Of a stretch of 64,000 nucleotides of DNA, positions 29,801 to 37,400 are shown piece by piece; the first letter of the stretch is position 1, and the number at the start of each line of letters is the position of its first letter. Location of the stretch: NCBI GenBank assembly GCA_003252385.1, contig QKEH01000137.1:6598-70597 (forward strand). Direction: 5' to 3'. The position numbers and the translations under genes are program-made. Source of the stretch: Bacteroidota bacterium. Lineage in GTDB: Bacteria > Bacteroidota > Bacteroidia > Bacteroidales > UBA10428. Under the pieces are notes generated by a model that saw only the letters and a program-made list of their open reading frames with translations, was not told the origin of the DNA and did no database searches.

Positions 29801-31856
29801 GGTTCAGGTAATCGGTTACTATATGCAAGGCTTCGCCTACATAGGGGTCGTTTTTAATTTGGATCATAATGTCTTCGTTCATTTCTTTATCGGATTCCGA
29901 AATGCTGTTTAACCCCCGAAGGTGGGCCGGATTGGATACCGTATACCACGACCGTGTGCTTCCGCACCTGGGTTGTTGGTTTTGCTTGTAGTAGCGCTGA
30001 AATGCATCGAAGTAGAGTGGAATTTGATGGATCTGTTCCTGTTCGGCCTTCCACTGTGCCACCTGAAGCTGACACTGAAAGACCGTATCGTGTTGCACAC
30101 GGCTGGCACTTTTTGCTTTGAGAGCTTCCACAGGAAGTTCGGGTCGGGGATAATAGTATGTCTTCTTTTCAACAGGCTTCAGCGTGAGTACCCCGGAAAG
30201 ATCCTGCTCACGCACATCTTCCGGGCGGTTTAAACCTGGCAGAATGATATCCGGGATCACGCCTGTTTTCTGATGGGTCTGTCCGGTCACCCGATAGAAA
30301 CATCCGGTAGTAACCTTTACAAAACCTTCTGGTTTTCGCGTCGACAACTCCTTCGATCCGGCTTCCACCGGCATAATTTCCTGCATGGTGGCCTTTCCAA
30401 AAGTGGGTGCCCCCACCACAAGAGCCCGGTGATGATCCTGCAGTGTGGCGGCCAGAAGTTCTGATGCCGAAGCGCTGTTGCCATTCACCAGAACTACCAG
30501 CGGATCGTTATACAGAACCCCCCGGTTCATGTCCTTAAGCGTTTCTATGGCCTGTCCTTTGGTGCAAACCAGGCTCATGGCTCCATAATCGAGAAAGATA
30601 CCCGCGAGCAGCGAAGCTTCCATCAGAAAGCCACCTCCGTTGTTGCGCAGATCGAGCACCAAACCTTGTATCCCCTCTCCTTTCAGCCGGAGCAGTTCGA
30701 GTGCCACATCGTGGGCACATCCGTTAGGGGCATTCTGGTAATTGTCCATTTGGGAGTAAAATGAGGGGAGGTACAGGTAGCCTACGCGTTTTCCGGCATC
30801 CAGTATAAATCCCTGAACCCGGTTGTCTTCTGCCTCTTGTTCTTCCTTAATCAACTTCACCTCTGCTTTGTTTCGATCGACCTTCCGCAATACAAACACG
30901 GCCTCCTCGGTAGCGGCCGACATTAGCAGATCCGCCAGTTCGTGCCACGAAGAACAGTCGGCATTAATCGTTTTCTGTGCAGTACGTACCTCCAGGATCA
31001 CATCGCCCACATTAAAACGGTTCGATTTCCAGGCCGGACTGGCGGGTACCAGCCGGTCGATTTCCAATTCGTTTTGAGCATTGATGCTGACCGAGAATCC
31101 GAACGATTTCCGGCTCGATGACAGGGCATCTTCGAAAACGTTTTCCTCCAGGGGGGTAAAATACGTAGTATGCGGATCGTAGGAGGTTGCAATAGCGTCC
31201 AGCAAAGCCGCAGCAACAAATTCACCGACCGATCCGGTACTGTCCTTCAGGTTGTTCAGATGGCAAAGCTGCAGGCTCACTACGTTGCGCTGCAGGACAG
31301 CCATCCGTTCGCCGGTCGGTCGAGGTGCTGAAGGCAGCGTATCAAAGTCCGAAAAATAACTATCCCATACCCGGTATTTAATCAGTTGTTTCCATCGCTC
31401 GGAGTAATCCGTAGTGTTTTCGGCCGCCTGGGTACTATCGAGGAACAGGGTGTCCGGCTGGTTGTAATTCAGCACATTCGTTTCCAGCTGCAGTAACAGC
31501 TGCTCTAGGTCGCTGCAGCGTTGTTGAAAAATTTGCTCACTCTTTTGCAGGTAATCGCACTGGCCGTATTCCATCAAACCTTGCAGCGATGTTGGTGCAG
31601 CTTTTAAAGCGTCCCGATCGGCTTCCGTCAGGTAGTAGCCCGTACCATCGAGCGAAGCAATAAAATTTTCGGCGATGCGGTTTAAAAGCGCGCTATCGGT
31701 TACATGGGGGGCATAATGAAAGCTTTCTATGGTTTTGACCAGCTTTTTGGCCTGATTGCAGTAAGAGGCACTCTGGCCGTTGCCCTGGATAGCCCAACCC
31801 CCAAAGGCGAAACATAAAATCAGACGTACCCTGAAGGTGGGAAAAGGTGAAAGCAT
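29772..31856 (-). CDS. S41-family carboxy-terminal processing (tail-specific) peptidase
   Basis: 694 aa with a signal peptide, a PDZ-like segment and the S41 core (DLRNNGGG, VLVNGNSASASE, GAPTFGKATMQ). Confidence 0.85.
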   Translation of the reverse strand: MLSPFPTFRVRLILCFAFGGWAIQGNGQSASYCNQAKKLVKTIESFHYAPHVTDSALLNRIAENFIASLDGTGYYLTEADRDALKAAPTSLQGLMEYGQCDYLQKSEQIFQQRCSDLEQLLLQLETNVLNYNQPDTLFLDSTQAAENTTDYSERWKQLIKYRVWDSYFSDFDTLPSAPRPTGERMAVLQRNVVSLQLCHLNNLKDSTGSVGEFVAAALLDAIATSYDPHTTYFTPLEENVFEDALSSSRKSFGFSVSINAQNELEIDRLVPASPAWKSNRFNVGDVILEVRTAQKTINADCSSWHELADLLMSAATEEAVFVLRKVDRNKAEVKLIKEEQEAEDNRVQGFILDAGKRVGYLYLPSFYSQMDNYQNAPNGCAHDVALELLRLKGEGIQGLVLDLRNNGGGFLMEASLLAGIFLDYGAMSLVCTKGQAIETLKDMNRGVLYNDPLVVLVNGNSASASELLAATLQDHHRALVVGAPTFGKATMQEIMPVEAGSKELSTRKPEGFVKVTTGCFYRVTGQTHQKTGVIPDIILPGLNRPEDVREQDLSGVLTLKPVEKKTYYYPRPELPVEALKAKSASRVQHDTVFQCQLQVAQWKAEQEQIHQIPLYFDAFQRYYKQNQQPRCGSTRSWYTVSNPAHLRGLNSISESDKEMNEDIMIQIKNDPYVGEALHIVTDYLNLEKLLPDEN

Positions 31857-32092
31857 GCCGAATTATCAGTTAACTGGGACAGGTTGAATTGCGCTCTAAA
31901 GTAAGGTATTTTTTTAAAAATGCGCACCCTAAGTCGCCTAAACGGAGTCGAGCTTTTCCGCTTTTAAGTTTCCGTTGTGAAGAATTCCTTTTTTGACCGG
32001 AATATGATCCGATAACAACGTGTGGCCAGCTGGTTCCTCACGGATGAACAAAGGATTTCAGATCCCGAATCTGCCTCTAATGGTAGAAGCCC

Positions 32093-32542
32093 TTAAATCT
32101 GAAAATCTACCTCTTTCAGCGCTTGTTCGTTTAAATGGATTTGCTCGTCAATAAGCGATTGCAGGCTCTTGCCCACCATAATGGCTTCCATTTCGGTATT
32201 GAGTTGCGACCAAAACAACTGGCTGGCACAAAAGTCGCACCGGCTGCAGGGCACCTGGTCGTTGACACATTGCACCAGAGCCAGATGGCCTTCGAAGGCC
32301 TGATAGATGGTATATACCGATATTTTATGAGCGGGACGGGCCAGCAGATAGCCACTTCTTTTCCCGGCCACATTCACAATCAGATTGGCCGCCTTAAGCT
32401 CCGACACAATTTTGTCGAGGTATTTCAGGGGAATCCGTTGCCGCTCGGCGATTTCCTTTTGCAGTATTCCGTTTTGATTAGTCGGCATGCCTATTTCAAT
32501 TAGCGTGCGTAACCCGTAGCGAATTTTGGTATTTACTTTCAT
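32093..32542 (-). CDS. Rrf2-family transcriptional regulator
   Basis: MKVNTKIRYGLRTLIEIG and a winged helix (QKEIAERQRIPLKYLDKIVSELKAANLI). Cys residues at CVNDQVPCSRCDFC suggest a possible Fe-S ligand set. Confidence 0.9.
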   Translation of the reverse strand: MKVNTKIRYGLRTLIEIGMPTNQNGILQKEIAERQRIPLKYLDKIVSELKAANLIVNVAGKRSGYLLARPAHKISVYTIYQAFEGHLALVQCVNDQVPCSRCDFCASQLFWSQLNTEMEAIMVGKSLQSLIDEQIHLNEQALKEVDFQI

Positions 32543-32566
32543 CTGTATACTATATATGCGACCTTT

Positions 32567-32585
32567 TTTGTAGGATACAAAGATA
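32567..32585. promoter_or_regulatory. Palindrome TTTGTA-N3-TACAAA overlapping a -7 box (TATCTTTG on the minus strand) upstream of the Rrf2 gene
   Basis: Perfect 6+6 inverted repeat at 32567..32581. CAAAGATA on the + strand at 32578..32585, 36 nt upstream of the Rrf2 start. Related (A/G)TACAAA copies follow at about 32586 and 32653. Confidence 0.4.
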
Positions 32586-32809
32586 GTACAAAAGGTGATT
32601 CCGGGAAGTAGGGTGCATGGAATATTGCAGTTCCTTTGATGTTCGAAAGAAGTACAAATTGCCTGTTATGCTATTTATAATCAGTAGGATCATTTACAAT
32701 AGTTCTTTATATGCAATCCACCTGGCTGCTTGACTGAACCAATTTCCGGAAGGTAAATTTAATTTCATTCAAACCTTTTACTAGTTTTAAGCACCAAAAC
32801 AACAAACCA

Positions 32810-33330
32810 TGAAAAACGTATTCCGCAAACCAGTGCTACTGGCACTGCCGTCATTGCATTGACGTTCCCTGCTGCCCCTGCGCAGCGTATTGTATGCACC
32901 GATGCCAATGGGCATTTGCATGCCGGGCACATTGGCGTAGATCATGAATGGTGGCCCATGGTGGTTTTTATGCGCATGCTGTTCGAGCTGTACGACGCCA
33001 CCAAAGACCCCGAACTGCTAAAAGCCATTGAGAAACACTATCAGGCCACGTACCAGGACGAAAGAAGTTTTAACATCCCTAAAACCTCGGGATTCTACAT
33101 CCGGTCGGTACTGCATGTGGAGCATTTGTGCGAACTGTACCGGATTACCGGTAATGCCTTTTACCTGAAGGTAGAGGAACGATTGTATGCCGGTTTTCAG
33201 GAGCGGGCCGAACTCATGGGCGAAAACAGCGAAATGTATCAGTTTTCGGTCATGGGGTAACCTATCACGAATTTTTAAAATTGCCGGCCATCCTGTACAA
33301 ATACACCGGAAAGGAAGGTATGATTTCTCA
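32810..33330 (+). pseudogene. Frameshifted and truncated remnant of a secreted enzyme gene (possibly an alpha/alpha-toroid glycoside-hydrolase-like protein)
   Basis: ATG at 32810 gives MKNVFRKPVLLALPSLH then a stop. A shifted frame continues with a signal-peptide-like ...TAVIALTFPAAPAQ joined to the 133-aa ORF 32859..33260. After that stop, another frame reads HGVTYHEFLKLPAILYKYTGKEG. Together this amounts to at least 2 frame disruptions, and the total length is far too short for such an enzyme. Confidence 0.5.
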
Positions 33331-33443
33331 ATGTATCAAGACTCGAAGCTGATTGTATGATATATATCATTGGTTTTTAGAACAAATACAGTCGGCATTC
33401 TGAAAGTGTTTGTATAACTTGGTTTCTCCAATCCGACAAGGTC

Positions 33444-33914
33444 ATGGAAACGATACTAAAAGATACTGCAGCTACACCAAGTGGTTTCCGGGTTATACAA
33501 AACAACCACCTGGTTCAATCCATTAACAAAGGAAACCGCCTTTTTCATCAGCTCGACCTGAGCTATATCGGGGAAGATATTTTTTACCATGGATGGATAG
33601 GCTACCGCTCCGATGAACAGATCATAGAGGTTTTAACCGGCCATTTTCTGGAACTCTTTGCAAAACATCGCTGCAAGAAAATGTTGATTGATAACCGCCA
33701 AATGACCGGTTCCTTTGCCGCACTTAATTCGTGGCTTTCCGAAACCTACATGCCGCAGCTCATCAGTTTGGGTTTGGAATACAATGCCGTGGTTTACCCC
33801 GATAATGTATTCAGTCAACTGGCAGTGGAAGATTGGGATCAAAAAGTAGTAGGTTTTGAGAACCGCAGTTTTCCCAGTCTGGATCAGGCGTTAATCTGGC
33901 TCCGAAAGGTATGA
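33444..33914 (+). CDS. Hypothetical cytoplasmic protein (possibly SpoIIAA/STAS-like fold)
   Basis: 156 aa with no signal peptide. The pattern ...KKMLIDNRQMTGSFAALNSWL...AVVYPDNVF...FPSLDQALIWL resembles STAS-like modules, but this is weak. Its 3' end overlaps the convergent lipocalin-like gene by 24 nt. Confidence 0.45.
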   Translation: METILKDTAATPSGFRVIQNNHLVQSINKGNRLFHQLDLSYIGEDIFYHGWIGYRSDEQIIEVLTGHFLELFAKHRCKKMLIDNRQMTGSFAALNSWLSETYMPQLISLGLEYNAVVYPDNVFSQLAVEDWDQKVVGFENRSFPSLDQALIWLRKV

Positions 33915-34385
33915 TCCTTCTCCTGCCCGCACCCATAAAACTTCGATGGTCGATTTTATGCCTCGTACCTGCATTTCCGGGGTGCGTAGACAAAGCTTCC
34001 GATCCTGAAAGGATGCATAGCGAATTTGTTCAGTTCCCCACCAGGTGAGGTTACTGCATCCGTGTACGCGGTGCACAATTTTTCCGGGCTCTTCTTCGGT
34101 ATAACGGCCGTAATAGGCCAGGTAGGTTTCGGCAAGTGGGTCGGAATGCGCCCGCGTGTCGGTAACGGTCAACGGAATCTCATGGCAAGAATAGCCAATC
34201 TGGGCATTCACAAATCCTTCGGGGGTATACATCAATATGCCGCATGGCTGATTACCGTACAGGTTATTTCGGAGCCCGTTTCGGTGGCAGCGGAAAATTG
34301 CATCCAGAATCCAGGTGCCCGCCAGAAGCGGTGCCACATAACACGAGGTGGTGGCCATTGTGGGGTTCGGTTGGGTGGTTTTCAT
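33891..34385 (-). CDS. Lipocalin-like domain protein (Lipocalin_5-type)
   Basis: LAGTWILD..., GILMYTPEGFVNAQI, YLAYYGRYTEE..GKIVHRV and WWGTEQIRYASFQDRKLCLRTP match the bacterial lipocalin-like family signature. It starts 43 nt after the PKS stop on the same strand. Confidence 0.72.
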   Translation of the reverse strand: MKTTQPNPTMATTSCYVAPLLAGTWILDAIFRCHRNGLRNNLYGNQPCGILMYTPEGFVNAQIGYSCHEIPLTVTDTRAHSDPLAETYLAYYGRYTEEEPGKIVHRVHGCSNLTWWGTEQIRYASFQDRKLCLRTPEMQVRGIKSTIEVLWVRAGEGSYLSEPD

Positions 34386-34427
34386 ATTCTACCGGCTGGT
34401 TTATGGTTACAGAATGGGGTAAGAATG

Positions 34428-37400
34428 TTACGAGAATACTTTCTGCTGATGGTGCAGGCGTATGGCATCCAATACCACCTCTACCGCTTGCCTGCCCTGT
34501 GCATAAACGGCATGGTGCCCGCCTTCCATCGAACAGAGGGTGAAGCCCCGCGAAGTGGCATGCTCCCAAAGCTGAACATCTGCAAGAGCTACCCGGTCAT
34601 CCTGGGTGGCATGAAGAGCTACTATGCCCGCATTCAATACGGTACAGTTGCGGTACGGATAGTGATACAACAGCTCAAAATCGGCACGCAGGGTTTCCAG
34701 CAATTGTTTTACCAGCTGCTCCTGTGCAGTTTGTGCTGCACTACCAATGAGGGACAGCAATTGTTCATCGGTAACCGGTGAAGCCATCAGGGTGTTGATA
34801 AAACGGTTTTCATAGCCATTCAGATACGGGGTGCCGGAAACGATAAGTGCATCGGCTTGCAGGTTATAGCGATTATTCAGTTGGCAGGCTGTCTCAAAAG
34901 CCAACACCCCACCCATACTGTGCCCAAAAATGCTAAACGGTTTGTTCAGGTGTTCTTTCAACTTGGGAACAATAAAATCCAGCAGTTGATCGTACCGTTT
35001 GATATGTTGTTCTTCCATGCGGCTGCCGTGCCCTGGAAGTTCAACCATTACCAGTTCGAAAGAAGAGGGTAGGAATACTTCCCAGTCCTTAAATAATTGA
35101 GTAGAGCCTCCGGCATCGTAGAACAGAACCAGTTGATACTCCACGCGGTTTGATTTTCGGGATTTAATCAGCCAGGGATCGTGATGGGTGGCTTCAGGTT
35201 CGGTATGTTTTTTAAAAAGCATCCGTTCGTCAATATAGCGTGCAAAGGAATTGGGCGAAGGAAACTTCGTGAAATCCTTCAGGGTAATACTGATCTGGAA
35301 TTCCTTTTCGATGCGGTTCCAAAGTTGGACCATAGAGAGCGAATCGATACCCAGACTCCTGAACGTGGTTTTGGAACTGATACTGTCGCTTGAAGCTTTG
35401 ATTAGTTTCGCAACGATTGCGATCAGGTAATCCTGTATCCACTTGATCCTTTCCTGACTGTCGGGCAGGTCGATTAGCTGCCTTATAGACGATTGGGTAT
35501 CCGCTGTTTTCTGTACCGGTTTTATCAGACCCGTATCTGCCACTGAAGCCATTACACCTTTAAGAGCCAGCACCAGGTCGCCATGCGCATTGTGTACCTG
35601 TAGTGTGCTGTTAAGACTGTAACGGGCACTTTCGCCCAGCTGCTTATGAGTAACGTGCAACGTAACCACATGGCGCTGGGTGAATGGCACCTCTTTGGGC
35701 AGGTAGATTTCCTGAATGCCCAGTACCGTAGTAAATATGAGATGTTCGGCAATAATTTTTCCTTTCATCGGAAGCAAAATGGAATGCAATGCATTGTCCA
35801 GCAATACCGGATTTAGGGAACCATTACCAGCTTCTTCAAACATATTTTCTGCCACATGAACTACCGCTTCGTAGTTTTCGCCCTGCCCCTGAATACCTAC
35901 CACATTCCTGAACGGGTGTCCATAATCCACCCCAAGGATATGTAAAAGTTGGTACAGGCTTTCACGATCGGTGTATTCAGCTGCAGGTTTGGCGCAAGTG
36001 GATTTGATCGGAGGGGCTGGCACATCCGCAATCTCACCGCTGCAGGTAAGCTGCCAGGCTTCTTCGTCGTGGGTGGCGCGGTAGAAGGCAAAAGCTGTGG
36101 GGGTTCCTTCGAAGGTGGTTACTTTTAGTTGTAGTTCGACCCGCACGTCTTTTTCCGGGTATACCGGTTGATGAAACTTCACTTTTCTCAATCCGCAAGG
36201 CTGATCAGGCAAATACCTGTTCAGCACATAGCTGACCATTTCGATATAAAAAGCCGCAGGAAACACCGAGCGGTCATTAACCCGATGTTCTTCTAAAAGC
36301 GGTTGCTGATTCACGCATAGGTGCACATTGAAATGCAGGTCGGTTAATCCGGCCAAGTTCACCTTCTCCCGGATAAAAGGGTGTTGCATACAGCCCTGAT
36401 CGGATTCGGAACGGGTTGCAAGCATGGATAAGTCTTTGAGTTGAAACTCTCCGCGTTCCATCGGATATGCCGGAAGTTCGATCTGATCGGGCCATTCAAG
36501 CTGGTAGTAGGTCTTCCAACCTATGTTGTGCCCCCGTTCAAAGACTTGTGCGAAGTTTTTCCAAAACTCTTCGTCTTCCGGGTCTTCGCGATTGAGTGAA
36601 CCAATAGACGACAGATTGGGGATTACTTGTTGTCCGGCACATTCGTAGATTGCATTTTTCAGCAATGGATGGGGGCTGAGTTCAATAAACAGGTTGGCTC
36701 CGTCGTGGAGCAGCGAATTTATCGCTTGTTCAAAATATACCGGATGGCGTAAGTTTTCCACCCAATATGCGGCGTCCATTTCAGTTCCCTGAAGCGGTTG
36801 ACGACGAACCGTGGAAACCAACGGATACCTGCCTTTTTGCGGGTGTATATTTTCCAGCTGTATCAAAAGGTCGTGGGTAATGGCGTCCATTTGTGCACTA
36901 TGCGAAGCCACATCCACCTGAACCTGGCGGCCGAACAAATCCTTACTTTCCAAATCGCTAAGCAGGCGATTAATCGCCTCCTGCGATCCGGAAACAACCG
37001 TGGATTTTGGGCTGTTATTGACTGAAATCTCCAATGATCCGGAGAAATTCGTCAGGAATTCCCGGGTTTGATCCAGTCCCAGGCCCACTACCGCCATGGT
37101 GCTTCCCTGTCCGCTAAGCGAACGCATCAGTTGGCTGCGCGAACAAATAATCCGGGCGGCATCGGGAAGGGTGAGCACTCCGGCAATATGAGCAGCTGCC
37201 ACTTCGCCCATGCTGTGTCCAACTACTGCATCGGGAACCACTCCAAGGGAAAGCCACAAGTGAGCCAGACTTACCTGAATGGCAAAAATATATGGCTGGA
37301 TCACATCGATACGTTGCAGCAACCCGGTATCTTCCGATGCCTGCATCAGGTTTGTCAACGACCAGTTGGTAAAGGGTTTCAGTGCTTCAGCACAACGTTG

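Noticed and set aside
34026-34781. 251-aa + strand ORF spanning the lipocalin-like gene and the PKS 3' end; also 37068..37745 and 37825..38175 inside the PKS
   Set aside because: They are antisense to genes with unambiguous catalytic motifs, their composition is typical of shadow frames, and 34026..34781 crosses an intergenic gap.
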